A stretch of 64,000 bases of DNA from Nitrospinaceae bacterium (GCA_965237905.1 OZ250172.1:608001-672000); one strand, 5' to 3'; counted from the first letter of the stretch, positions 1 through 8,307 are shown. Numbers and translations: made by a program. The notes: generated by a model not told the origin, from the letters alone.

Positions 1-879
1 CAGCACATGGTCCTGTCCGAACCATCCATGCGGCGAGATCACCGCGACACGGGATACCAGCGGAATCGCACCGATAAACTCTTCGAGATAATCGGCGCTG
101 GGCGATTCAAAAAGATTGGCGAGCAATTGCAGGTGGGTCAGGGTCTTCTCGACGGTATTTCCAAAACCCTCTCGTATCCCCAGACTGTTCAGAGTGGCGC
201 GGGCTTCATGGATCAGCGCCTTCTCATCCAACGATTCCAGGGAAGCGATGGCTTTTTGAAGCGCTTCCACCAATGCCGCCGCATCTTCGATGATTTCTCC
301 ATCCACCAGTATCTGGTCGTTGTCGATACTGTGGGTTTTCAGAAATTCGCAGAGAAAAGCCTGCCAGTCCTCCGGCTCTTCCTGTAGTTTGCCGGCCATG
401 TAGCTGTTCAAATATCGATGGCCGGAGCCTATCTTTTTGGGTTCGGGAATTTCAGGTCCCGTGCTGTAAAACGGCTGGAAATCGATCAGCAGTTTTTTTT
501 CGGGGGGAACATGGGCGCGATCCGCCCTGATTTCCCGGTAATCCAGAAACTCTTCCGCCGTCAGCTCATCCATGCGGTCTTCCACATTATGAATCTGGTA
601 GAAACGATATTGCGCCGCCTGGCTTCGATGAAGGAGCACCACGTCTTCTTCCAGCAACAGCATTTCCTGAGTCCTGGAAAAAAAATCTTCCAGGTTGGAA
701 AAATCATCGGAATCTATTTTCCCGGAATTCCGTTGGTCCAGAAATTGAGTGAACCGCAGGACAATTTCATTGCGAAGCAGGTGTTTTGACGGTTGGAGAT
801 TCAACTCATAAACAAACTCCCTGAGGCACCGGGCCTCTTCTTCCGTCATCAGGGAAGACAATGTCTGCTTGTTATCCAA
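1..879 (-). CDS. Sucrose synthase, 5' part (293 codons, runs off the window start)
   Basis: Manual translation of an open minus frame from TTG at 879 with a GGAGGG RBS just upstream. Motifs LLIDFQPF...KKIGSGHRYLN, GFGNTVEKTL and VAVISPHGWFGQDHVL match sucrose synthase (LELDFEPF...IGNGVEFLN, GWG.TA.RV, VVILSPHGYF.Q.NVL). Confidence 0.88.
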   Translation of the reverse strand, partial: MDNKQTLSSLMTEEEARCLREFVYELNLQPSKHLLRNEIVLRFTQFLDQRNSGKIDSDDFSNLEDFFSRTQEMLLLEEDVVLLHRSQAAQYRFYQIHNVEDRMDELTAEEFLDYREIRADRAHVPPEKKLLIDFQPFYSTGPEIPEPKKIGSGHRYLNSYMAGKLQEEPEDWQAFLCEFLKTHSIDNDQILVDGEIIEDAAALVEALQKAIASLESLDEKALIHEARATLNSLGIREGFGNTVEKTLTHLQLLANLFESPSADYLEEFIGAIPLVSRVAVISPHGWFGQDHVL

Positions 880-915
880 TTGAACCCTCCAGAAATTTAA
901 CTCGGCAATTAATGA

Positions 916-2346
916 CTACGCTATTTTTTGTTCGGCCACTTGGTGTTTGGGGAAGCGGATTTTGAATTTGGTTCCTTCTCCCAGTTTGCTTTCCACATCG
1001 ATGGTTCCTTGATGGCGGTCCACGATATATTTGCAGATGGCAAGCCCGAGGCCACTGCCTCCCTCCTGCCGGGAGCGGGCTTTGTCGACACGGTAAAACC
1101 GGTCAAAAATTTTGGGAAGATCCTGCTCGGGGATGCCAATTCCCGTATCCTTGATAGTGAAGTAAACGGTGTTATCCAGATCTTGAAGCGTAATTTTGAT
1201 CTCCCCACCGCTGGCGGTAAACTTGATGGCATTGTGGATCAGAATCCATACCATTTGTTTGAGGCGGTGCGCATCTCCCAAAATCGTCACCGGTTCCAGG
1301 TAGGCCAGAATAATTTTAACATCCTTTTCATCCGCCAGAATTTCTCCCTGTCGGCTGACCTCTTCAATGATATTCCCCAGTTCAACAGGTTCCTTCTCCA
1401 GCGAAATTTCACCTTCATCGCCTTTTGACAGGGTTAGTAGATCCTGAAGAATGCGCGACATATAATTGATCTCTTCCAGATTGCTGGACAACACCTCCTG
1501 ATATTCTATCTTGGAGCGGGGTTTGCCCAACACCAATTCGCTTTGCCCCTTCAGAACGGTCAACGGTGTGCGGAGTTCGTGCGAAGCGTCACTGCTGAAC
1601 TGACGCATCTGGGCAAACGACTTCTCCAACCGGTGCATCATTTCGTTAAACGTGTTGGCGAGATTGCCGATTTCATCCTGAACCTCGGGCATCGGGATGC
1701 GCTGGCTGAGGTCGGCCCCATGCGCGATATTCTGTGCCGTCTGAGTAATTTCCGCCACGGGTTTCAAGGCGCGGGTGGCCATGAAGCGCCCTCCCAGAGT
1801 ACTCAGAATCAACACCCCCGGGATGGCGGCAAACAGAAAAATCCGCAGATTCTTCAACGTATCCTCAACCCCTTTCAGAGAGGTTCCGACCTGAATGAGG
1901 TTGACCAGGTTGTCGTTCCGGATCACCGGCATTGTAATCACCCGAATGTGATGCCTGGGAGCCAGGGTAAACGTCTCGTAGGTGATCTCACCTTTCGTGG
2001 CGCGCGAATAGGAATCCTGCGTCAGAGGAAATTTGGACGCATCGATCCCTTTCGACCGGGAATCCACATTTCCCGAACCGTCATAAATCCTGTAGAATTT
2101 ATTGATATTGCTGTACCCCAGGAACTGATCGAAAAACAAATCCAGCCCCGGTAGGGGGGTCCTTGAATAATCGATCAGGGCCGCTTTTTTGACCACGCTG
2201 GCCGACACCTTCAACGAATTGTCGATGCTTTCGTGCAGTCGTTTGGAAAGAAACGCGTAGAGCAGAACACTGAACAGGATCAAAAAAAATCCAAGAACCG
2301 CGACGTGCCAGGCTGTCAATCTGGAGCGGATGGAATTGAAAATCAT
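916..2346 (-). CDS. HAMP-domain sensor histidine kinase (CusS/heavy-metal sensor-like)
   Basis: Two TM segments, HAMP, H-box DASHELRTP, N box NAIKF, G boxes DTGIGI and GSGLGL. Confidence 0.93.
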   Translation of the reverse strand: MIFNSIRSRLTAWHVAVLGFFLILFSVLLYAFLSKRLHESIDNSLKVSASVVKKAALIDYSRTPLPGLDLFFDQFLGYSNINKFYRIYDGSGNVDSRSKGIDASKFPLTQDSYSRATKGEITYETFTLAPRHHIRVITMPVIRNDNLVNLIQVGTSLKGVEDTLKNLRIFLFAAIPGVLILSTLGGRFMATRALKPVAEITQTAQNIAHGADLSQRIPMPEVQDEIGNLANTFNEMMHRLEKSFAQMRQFSSDASHELRTPLTVLKGQSELVLGKPRSKIEYQEVLSSNLEEINYMSRILQDLLTLSKGDEGEISLEKEPVELGNIIEEVSRQGEILADEKDVKIILAYLEPVTILGDAHRLKQMVWILIHNAIKFTASGGEIKITLQDLDNTVYFTIKDTGIGIPEQDLPKIFDRFYRVDKARSRQEGGSGLGLAICKYIVDRHQGTIDVESKLGEGTKFKIRFPKHQVAEQKIA

Positions 2347-2351
2347 AACTC

Positions 2352-3020
2352 CTAAACCCTCATGACATAGCCGACGCCCCTCAAGGTGTGGAGAAGCTTG
2401 GCTGGATATTTCTTATCGATTTTTTTTCTCAAGTGATTGACGTAAACGTCGATGACATTGGTGAATGTGTCGAAGTTGTAATCCCAGACATGTTCCGCAA
2501 TCATGGTGCGCGTCAGTACCTTGCCCTCGTTGCGCATGAAATATTCAAGAAGGCTGTATTCTTTTCCGGTGAGTTCAATCTCCTCACCATTACGGCTTAC
2601 CTTGTGACTGACCATGTCCAGACTCAAATCGCCCACTTTCAATTCCGTTTTGGTTTCCACCTGGCCGCGCCGCAACAGCGACCGTATGCGTGCCAGCAAT
2701 TCTGAAAAAGCAAAAGGTTTGGTCAGATAATCGTCCGCGCCCTTGTTCAAACCGGTAACCTTGTCCTCCACCGCATCTTTGGCGGTCAACAATAGGATCG
2801 GGGTACTCACCTTTTTATCTCTGAGGCGGGTCAACACTTCCAACCCGTCTATTTTCGGAAGCATCAGGTCCAGGATGATCATGTCGTACTCGTTCATCGC
2901 CGCGAGGTGAAATCCCTCTTCGCCGTCGTAGGCCACGTCGACGGCATAAGTCTCCTCCTCCAGGCCTTTTTTGATGAACCCGGCCACCTTTTTCTCATCT
3001 TCGACGATTAAAATTCTCAC
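2352..3020 (-). CDS. OmpR-family response regulator (CusR/heavy-metal type)
   Basis: MRILIVEDE receiver, DLMLP, GADDYLTKPF, winged helix with TLRGVGY; adjacent to the kinase. Confidence 0.95.
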   Translation of the reverse strand: MRILIVEDEKKVAGFIKKGLEEETYAVDVAYDGEEGFHLAAMNEYDMIILDLMLPKIDGLEVLTRLRDKKVSTPILLLTAKDAVEDKVTGLNKGADDYLTKPFAFSELLARIRSLLRRGQVETKTELKVGDLSLDMVSHKVSRNGEEIELTGKEYSLLEYFMRNEGKVLTRTMIAEHVWDYNFDTFTNVIDVYVNHLRKKIDKKYPAKLLHTLRGVGYVMRV

Positions 3021-3024
3021 CCGT

Positions 3025-3228
3025 TCAATCCCATTTTTTCTGAACCTTATGGAGGTCGATCTCCCCCTTCAGCATCTTCACATGTTTTTCGCAATCCCTG
3101 ATGATGGCGGAGTACATGGCGCGGCAGGTTTCATCATTGGCATCTTCCATGGCCTGCTTGCAAACCTTCAGGGCACCCTGGGAAGTTTCCAGCGCTTTCA
3201 GTATATTTTCGTTAAATTTTTGATTCAT
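3025..3228 (-). CDS. Small helical protein, half-ferritin-like, Cys-containing
   Basis: 67-aa ORF ending 4 nt upstream of the regulator; helix pair with D..CRAMY..I..DCEKH..ML pattern. Confidence 0.6.
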   Translation of the reverse strand: MNQKFNENILKALETSQGALKVCKQAMEDANDETCRAMYSAIIRDCEKHVKMLKGEIDLHKVQKKWD

Positions 3229-3316
3229 TGAGAGCTCAATTTGTTTAGCAGACTGTTACGATCTTATTTTACATCATTTTTTAATGAATGCACCCGGACC
3301 GGGCAGGAGAAACCGC

Positions 3317-3607
3317 TCATCTGCGGTCACTGGAGCCGGAATTCCCCTCATCAGATCCTTCTTTTTCGATATCTTTCCGGAACATCAGCCGAACCAGTAT
3401 CACACCCAGCACAATTCCCATATACGGCAGACCTTCATATAACATGAGCAAACCCTTCCCGAAAATCCCATAATCCCCGCGGCCCAACTGCGTCAAAACA
3501 GGGTACCCGGCCCGTTCAACCATATAAAAAAGCATTTGGATGAGCATACCGCACACAAATCCGATGAATCCTCCGAATCCGAAGTAGAAGTATTTCATGG
3601 TTCCCAT
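3317..3607 (-). CDS. Small hypothetical membrane protein (2 TM)
   Basis: 96-aa ORF with two hydrophobic segments, same strand as the downstream genes. Confidence 0.6.
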   Translation of the reverse strand: MGTMKYFYFGFGGFIGFVCGMLIQMLFYMVERAGYPVLTQLGRGDYGIFGKGLLMLYEGLPYMGIVLGVILVRLMFRKDIEKEGSDEGNSGSSDRR

Positions 3608-3737
3608 GGATTAGCCCTTCCCGGCACCCCGGGGGATGGTTGGCATTATTGGGGCGAAATTGTGCTGGCATTCGTTGGCCCCGTTATTATATACATAGGG
3701 CTTCATAGTTATCCAGAAGGAAAGCCGGGCAAGGCCC

Positions 3738-3761
3738 GGCCAGCGTGACGCTGGACCCAGA
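3738..3761 (-). repeat. 24-bp palindromic REP-like repeat, copy 1 (inverted)
   Basis: Exact reverse complement of TCTGGGTCCAGCGTCACGCTGGCC found at 5962 and 8121. Confidence 0.85.
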
Positions 3762-3788
3762 ATTCTGTCACCCTGAGACGATTAGCCT

Positions 3789-3807
3789 GTCCTGAGCTTG
3801 TCGAAGG
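3789..3807. repeat. REP-like element GTCCTGAGCTTGTCGAAGG
   Basis: Reverse complement resembles CCCTTCGACAGGCTC at 49651; intergenic. Confidence 0.55.
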
Positions 3808-3852
3808 AAAGGGTGCAACTTTATGCAAAGCTCTCGATAGAAAGAGGAAATC

Positions 3853-4593
3853 ATGCGATTGAACGAGAAAACCGCCATCATCACCGGAGGTGCTACGGGC
3901 ATCGGCCTGGCCTGCGCCCGGTTGTTTGTACAGGAAGGCGCCCGGGTCGCCATTTTCGGCCGCCGCCAAGACCGCCTCGACCAGGCGCAGAAGGAAATCG
4001 GGTCTGCAGTACTGGCCGTCCAGGGCGACATCACCCAAGACAAGGATACGGCCCGTCTGGTGGAGACCGCCGTGAAGCAACTGGGCAAGGTGGACATTCT
4101 TATTAATAATGCCGGGATCTTCGGCGGCGGTCCCATTCACGAAACGGATGACGCCATCTGGGACCAAACCTTCAACATCAATATGCGCGGCGTGTTTCAA
4201 TTGACGCGCAAGGTCTTGCCGCAGATGATCGCGCAAGGGTCCGGGAGCATCATACACATCAGCTCCATCCTGGGAATGATCGCCGTGCCGGGGACGTCAG
4301 CCTACAACGCCTCCAAGGGAGCGCTCAATCAGTTCAGTAAATCCATCGCTGTGGAATACGGAGGCCAGGGGATTCGCTCCAACGCCATCTGCCCCGGCAT
4401 GATCGAAACCGAAATGACTGAAGAACTGCGGCAGGATGCCGCTCTGATGGCAGAATTTTTAAAGGGGTATCCCCTGGGGCGTTTTGGAAAACCGGAAGAG
4501 GTCGCGCAGGCCTGTCTGTTTCTCGCCTCCGACGAGTCCGCCTTCATCACCGGCGCCACACTCCCCATCGACGGTGGATATACGGCCCTGTAA
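3853..4593 (+). CDS. SDR family NAD(P)-dependent oxidoreductase
   Basis: TGGATGIG, NNAG and YNASK motifs; GAGGA RBS. Confidence 0.95.
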   Translation: MRLNEKTAIITGGATGIGLACARLFVQEGARVAIFGRRQDRLDQAQKEIGSAVLAVQGDITQDKDTARLVETAVKQLGKVDILINNAGIFGGGPIHETDDAIWDQTFNINMRGVFQLTRKVLPQMIAQGSGSIIHISSILGMIAVPGTSAYNASKGALNQFSKSIAVEYGGQGIRSNAICPGMIETEMTEELRQDAALMAEFLKGYPLGRFGKPEEVAQACLFLASDESAFITGATLPIDGGYTAL

Positions 4594-4616
4594 AGGTACC
4601 GTAACCCTCCGACCTA

Positions 4617-4676
4617 GAAACCAGTTGTCAGCCCAGCTTCCGGGCTTTATCCTGATAGAGTATAGTGTCGATGGTT
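4617..4676 (+). repeat. ~60-nt conserved leader, copy 1 (putative promoter)
   Basis: About 80% identical to 6001..6062; TTCCGG-17 bp-TATAGT arrangement; precedes an AT-rich ORF. Confidence 0.75.
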
Positions 4677-4709
4677 GCAACCGAATACTAATAAAATTAA
4701 ATTGAAATT

Positions 4710-5174
4710 ATGTTTACCTGCCCCGCTTGTAATGTAAAAAGCATTTCACTTTTTAAAAAGTGGAAAACCTTTAAATCTAATCCTCAAAAGTGTTCAAACT
4801 GTGGTTCAGGATATTATCTAAAACCTCGAGTTTATACTTTACTTATAGGGGTCACATCGATTTTATATACAATACTGATAATCTATTGCCTCTTTAACCT
4901 TACATGGGAAGTTGGAATAATTACATTTTCCGTAATCATAGCTTTAGAAATTCTTGTAACCTCATTTATTCCTTTAGTTATCCATCAGGAATCAGATACG
5001 ACAATTAAACCTATAACAAAAAAAGAATTAATAAGTTCATTAACAGGAGCTTTGTTGTTTTTGGGAATCTTTGGAGGGGTAATTTTATATCCTGAATACC
5101 CTATTTTCAAAATTCTTTTTTGGATTTTTGGTATTTTGGCGATTTCAACACCATTTTTTTTAAATAAAAAATGA
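4710..5174 (+). CDS. CxxC-20-CxxC zinc-ribbon membrane protein (TIGR04104-like)
   Basis: CPAC, exactly 20 aa, CSNC, then ~4 TM helices; AT-rich. Confidence 0.7.
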   Translation: MFTCPACNVKSISLFKKWKTFKSNPQKCSNCGSGYYLKPRVYTLLIGVTSILYTILIIYCLFNLTWEVGIITFSVIIALEILVTSFIPLVIHQESDTTIKPITKKELISSLTGALLFLGIFGGVILYPEYPIFKILFWIFGILAISTPFFLNKK

Positions 5175-5578
5175 AACTGATAAATAAAATAATAATATTT
5201 TCAATATCAATTGGGCTTTGCGCATGTGAAGCTCAATTCAAGGAATCTGAGCTTGTTGGGACTTACAAGGCCAACCACGGCAAAGGAGAAGACGTTATTG
5301 TTCTTAAGGAAGGCGGAAAATATTTACATACTTTTAAGACGTCTGAAAAGGTATTTGAAAGAGAGGGTGTCTGGGAATATGAGATTTTTAAGGACCAACC
5401 TTTAATCAGCTTTTATAATTTTCAACATCGATGGCGCAATAACTACTATCCTTATGAGTTTGAGAAAGGTGAGAGCAATATATGGCCGGCCTTTATTGAG
5501 CGCACAATTTTTGGCAAAATTACTCTTCCATTGGACGATGACCTTGGGTTTTATTATGAAAAGGTTGAAATTAAATAA
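5171..5578 (+). CDS. Hypothetical lipoprotein
   Basis: Signal peptide with LCAC lipobox; ATGA overlap with the upstream gene; AT-rich. Confidence 0.7.
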   Translation: MKLINKIIIFSISIGLCACEAQFKESELVGTYKANHGKGEDVIVLKEGGKYLHTFKTSEKVFEREGVWEYEIFKDQPLISFYNFQHRWRNNYYPYEFEKGESNIWPAFIERTIFGKITLPLDDDLGFYYEKVEIK

Positions 5579-5610
5579 CTAACCTTTATTTACCCTTCAA
5601 CCATTAAATT

Positions 5611-5958
5611 ATGTCCGTAACCCTTTATCACAATCCGAAGTGCAGTAAATCGCGCCAGACTCTGGAACTGCTCCAGCAAAACGGCATCACGCCGACCATC
5701 ATCGAATACCTCAAAACACCGCCAACCGCTGAAGCCCTGAAAGCGATTCTGGGCCAACTCGGGTTTTCTCCCCGCGACCTGATGCGCAAGAAGGAAGCGG
5801 TCTATGCTGAATCCGGACTCGATGATCCGTCCCTGTCGGATGACGCCCTGATCGATTTCATGGTTGCGCACCCGATTCTGATCGAGCGTCCCATCGTTCT
5901 GGCCAACGGCAAAGCCGCCCTCGGCCGTCCCCCGGAACAGGTGCTGGAAATTCTTTAA
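5611..5958 (+). CDS. arsC: Arsenate reductase (glutaredoxin-type)
   Basis: YHNPKCSKSR and ILIERPIV motifs. Confidence 0.92.
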   Translation: MSVTLYHNPKCSKSRQTLELLQQNGITPTIIEYLKTPPTAEALKAILGQLGFSPRDLMRKKEAVYAESGLDDPSLSDDALIDFMVAHPILIERPIVLANGKAALGRPPEQVLEIL

Positions 5959-5961
5959 TCA

Positions 5962-5985
5962 TCTGGGTCCAGCGTCACGCTGGCC
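5962..5985 (+). repeat. 24-bp palindromic REP-like repeat, copy 2
   Basis: TCTGGGTCCAGCGTCACGCTGGCC; CCAGCGT-C-ACGCTGG inverted repeat. Confidence 0.85.
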
Positions 5986-6000
5986 ACCGCTTCGCCCGTG

Positions 6001-6062
6001 GAAAACCTGTTGCCAGCCCCGCTTCCGGGCATTAACCTAAGAGAGTATATTGTCAAATGGTT
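6001..6062 (+). repeat. ~60-nt conserved leader, copy 2 (putative promoter)
   Basis: Aligns with 4617..4676; TTCCGG-17 bp-TATATT. Confidence 0.75.
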
Positions 6063-6124
6063 CGGAGACAAAACGCACGTTCTCTTTAATAACCAATAAT
6101 CAAAAAATATAGACTGAGAATAAG

Positions 6125-6601
6125 ATGGCCCTACTCATAATCTCTATCATTCTGTGCATGGTGCTATTAGATTTTGCGCTTATTGGGTTTTTGCCAAAAT
6201 ACTTAAATATCTGGCCAGCTCTGGACAGCTCAGTTGGGAAAAGGTTGATTGAAGAATCTTCAATGTTTTCTAAAATAAAAGTAGATTTTGAATATAACGT
6301 TTGGGGATATCAAAGTGGGGGGTTAACTTTACGAATAAACGACTGGCGCTTACTCTTAACGTCAAGTTTCCTTCTTATTAAAAACACTCGCTTGACCTAC
6401 GTTTGGAAAATCAGCATTGAATCTATAAAATTTTTTGAAGTAAAAGATTCAATCGCCGGGAAAATCATTGTGTTTCACTTTACCCAAGATGACCAAGCAC
6501 ATTTCCTCGAATTTCGTTCTTTTGAGTTGAAGAACTGGTTGAAACGATTGGCAGAGGTTGGAATAACTGACCGAGCAGAATTAGCAAAAAACTCCTCTTA
6601 A
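6125..6601 (+). CDS. Hypothetical protein with N-terminal TM
   Basis: 158-aa AT-rich ORF following leader copy 2. Confidence 0.65.
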   Translation: MALLIISIILCMVLLDFALIGFLPKYLNIWPALDSSVGKRLIEESSMFSKIKVDFEYNVWGYQSGGLTLRINDWRLLLTSSFLLIKNTRLTYVWKISIESIKFFEVKDSIAGKIIVFHFTQDDQAHFLEFRSFELKNWLKRLAEVGITDRAELAKNSS

Positions 6602-6676
6602 AATTAGTACGCCCACCCCTCCTTAATCCTCCCCTCGGGCATGGGAGGAATATAAAGGTAGAAAAATGAGTTCCGG

Positions 6677-6706
6677 CCCTTCACCGGCGGCGATACGGCC
6701 CTGTAA
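6677..6706 (+). repeat. Diverged copy of the SDR gene 3' end
   Basis: CCCTTCACCGGCGGCGATACGGCCCTGTAA vs SDR 4564..4593 CCCATCGACGGTGGATATACGGCCCTGTAA. Confidence 0.75.
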
Positions 6707-6726
6707 ACGCGGTATGGATGGACCAA

Positions 6727-7125
6727 TTAAAATCTAAATTCAAAGACCTTGGCAGGTTTGGTATGGGAACCCGGGTTGTCCAGAGTAGAATAGGAATCCC
6801 AATTGTCCCGGTCCAGGGTGGGGTTATAGAGGGAAGAGGTTTTCTTCTTGATTCGGCCTTTTTGAATCGTTAATTTATTTTGCTCTGACTCTCGCCATTT
6901 GTTTTTTGATTTTTGGGGAGATCTCCATCCGCCTGCTGAATCAAAAATCCTCTTTGACAAGGGAATTTTAGAATCCTCTTCAATAGACAAATTCGAGGAA
7001 GGATCTGCAAAAACGATAAAGTTCCCCCATAGAAATAGTCCAAGCGCTAAAAGAAAAACAAGAACCGATTGGGGATAAAACCGTTCCCCTCCATCCAATT
7101 TATATGAATAATATTCTATTTCCAT
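6727..7125 (-). CDS. Hypothetical exported protein (start uncertain)
   Basis: ORF overlapping the end of the SBP gene; hydrophobic N-terminal segment; C-terminal FEFRF. Confidence 0.55.
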   Translation of the reverse strand: MEIEYYSYKLDGGERFYPQSVLVFLLALGLFLWGNFIVFADPSSNLSIEEDSKIPLSKRIFDSAGGWRSPQKSKNKWRESEQNKLTIQKGRIKKKTSSLYNPTLDRDNWDSYSTLDNPGSHTKPAKVFEFRF

Positions 7126-7943
7126 TTCAACGATTTAAACCAGTAGTCGTGAGTGGACATCAGCCAGGTATCCGTTTCTCGAGCAATAATCCAGGAATTT
7201 AAGAAGTTGAGAAAATCCGGGTCCCCTTTGTTGATCGCAAACCCAGCCTTGTAAGCCAAGAGCGGCTCGGATAAAGGGACATCCACTTTTCCAGGGTGAT
7301 CCAATGCAATAAAACGGGGAATCGGTTTGGCTTCCAGGTAAGCATGGATTTTCCCGGTTACAATCGCGTCCTCGGCTTCATTGCTCTTTTTGAATGCCAT
7401 GATCGTGGCCTTCTTGAAAATTCTCTTGGCGAGACCCTCTGCAACCGTTACTGATATCACACCAATTTTTATGGATTGCCGGTTGAGTTCTTCAACACTT
7501 TTGATGTGCTTCGTACGTTCAATATTGGTCGCCAGACTGATCCCTGATGTGGCGTAGGGCAAACTGAAATTCACTTTCAAGGCGCGTTGCGGGGTGATCG
7601 CCATGCCCGCTATAATAATATCTATTTCGCTGTCATTAAGAGCAGGAATCAGGTTTTCCCAATCATAGGAAATGAATTTAGGAGTGACTCCCATATCCTT
7701 TGACAGCTTTTTGGCAACGTCCATTTCGAAGCCCACTAATTTCCCGGTTTTATCCTTAAAAACCCACGGCGTGAACGGAGAAATACCTACGCGAAGGATT
7801 CCTTTTCCCCTTATTTTATTAAAGCTCGAATGAGAGGCTGTTTCAGTTGCCGACGCGGACTGGATAATCCCCACAAAAAAGAAAAGAAAAAAGATAATCC
7901 AGACAGGTAAACGATGCGTTTTAAAAATTTTTGTTTGAGTCAT
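7116..7943 (-). CDS. Polar amino acid ABC-type substrate-binding protein (family 3)
   Basis: Signal peptide; GFEMDVA, WENLIPAL and ITPQR..VNFS.PY motifs; no permease adjacent. Confidence 0.88.
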   Translation of the reverse strand: MTQTKIFKTHRLPVWIIFFLFFFVGIIQSASATETASHSSFNKIRGKGILRVGISPFTPWVFKDKTGKLVGFEMDVAKKLSKDMGVTPKFISYDWENLIPALNDSEIDIIIAGMAITPQRALKVNFSLPYATSGISLATNIERTKHIKSVEELNRQSIKIGVISVTVAEGLAKRIFKKATIMAFKKSNEAEDAIVTGKIHAYLEAKPIPRFIALDHPGKVDVPLSEPLLAYKAGFAINKGDPDFLNFLNSWIIARETDTWLMSTHDYWFKSLKWK

Positions 7944-8091
7944 AAAATGTGATTATCCTCAAAAAGTAATCGGAAAGAATTTGAATGCGCCAGGGAAAAG
8001 AATTTTATAGGTCATTATATTTGAAATGATTAAGGAAGGGGATAAAACTTAAGATACTTTGAGATCTGAACCTACCCTTTTCATCCTCCCT

Positions 8092-8176
8092 CGGAACAGG
8101 TCTTGGACATTCTTTAATCATCTGGGTCCAGCGTCACGCTGGCCGGCGCTTCGCCGGTGGCTATATGGCCCTGTAA
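8092..8176 (+). repeat. Composite relic: arsC 3' end + 24-bp REP + SDR 3' end
   Basis: 8092..8160 matches 5933..6001 at 63/69 nt; 8147..8176 reads RFAGGYMAL* like the SDR end PIDGGYTAL*. Confidence 0.85.
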
Positions 8177-8184
8177 ACACGGTA

Positions 8185-8213
8185 TTGACTGGCTCCCGCC
8201 TGACGTTTAGAAT
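8185..8213 (+). promoter_or_regulatory. Sigma70-type promoter upstream of gatB
   Basis: TTGACT-17 bp-TAGAAT. Confidence 0.7.
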
Positions 8214-8249
8214 CCACAGATACCGCTAGAGATGAGTGGGATACCCCTG

Positions 8250-8275
8250 ACGGCCCGCGTATGGGCTGTTTTTTT
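8250..8275 (+). terminator. Intrinsic terminator-like hairpin inside the gatB leader
   Basis: ACGGCCC-GCGTAT-GGGCTGT followed by a T tract. Confidence 0.65.
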
Positions 8276-8307
8276 GAGTGAAGCGCTTATGAGCGCACCA
8301 AAAAACT

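Noticed and set aside
7..789. Plus-strand ORFs 7..387 and 418..789
   Set aside because: Antisense shadows of the sucrose synthase frame.
3670..3726. Glutamine (glnA) riboswitch-like text CGTTGGCCC...GGGC...GAAGGAAAG
   Set aside because: Lacks the GAAGTA E-loop, the P3 stem and the AACG closing strand; the downstream gene is unrelated.
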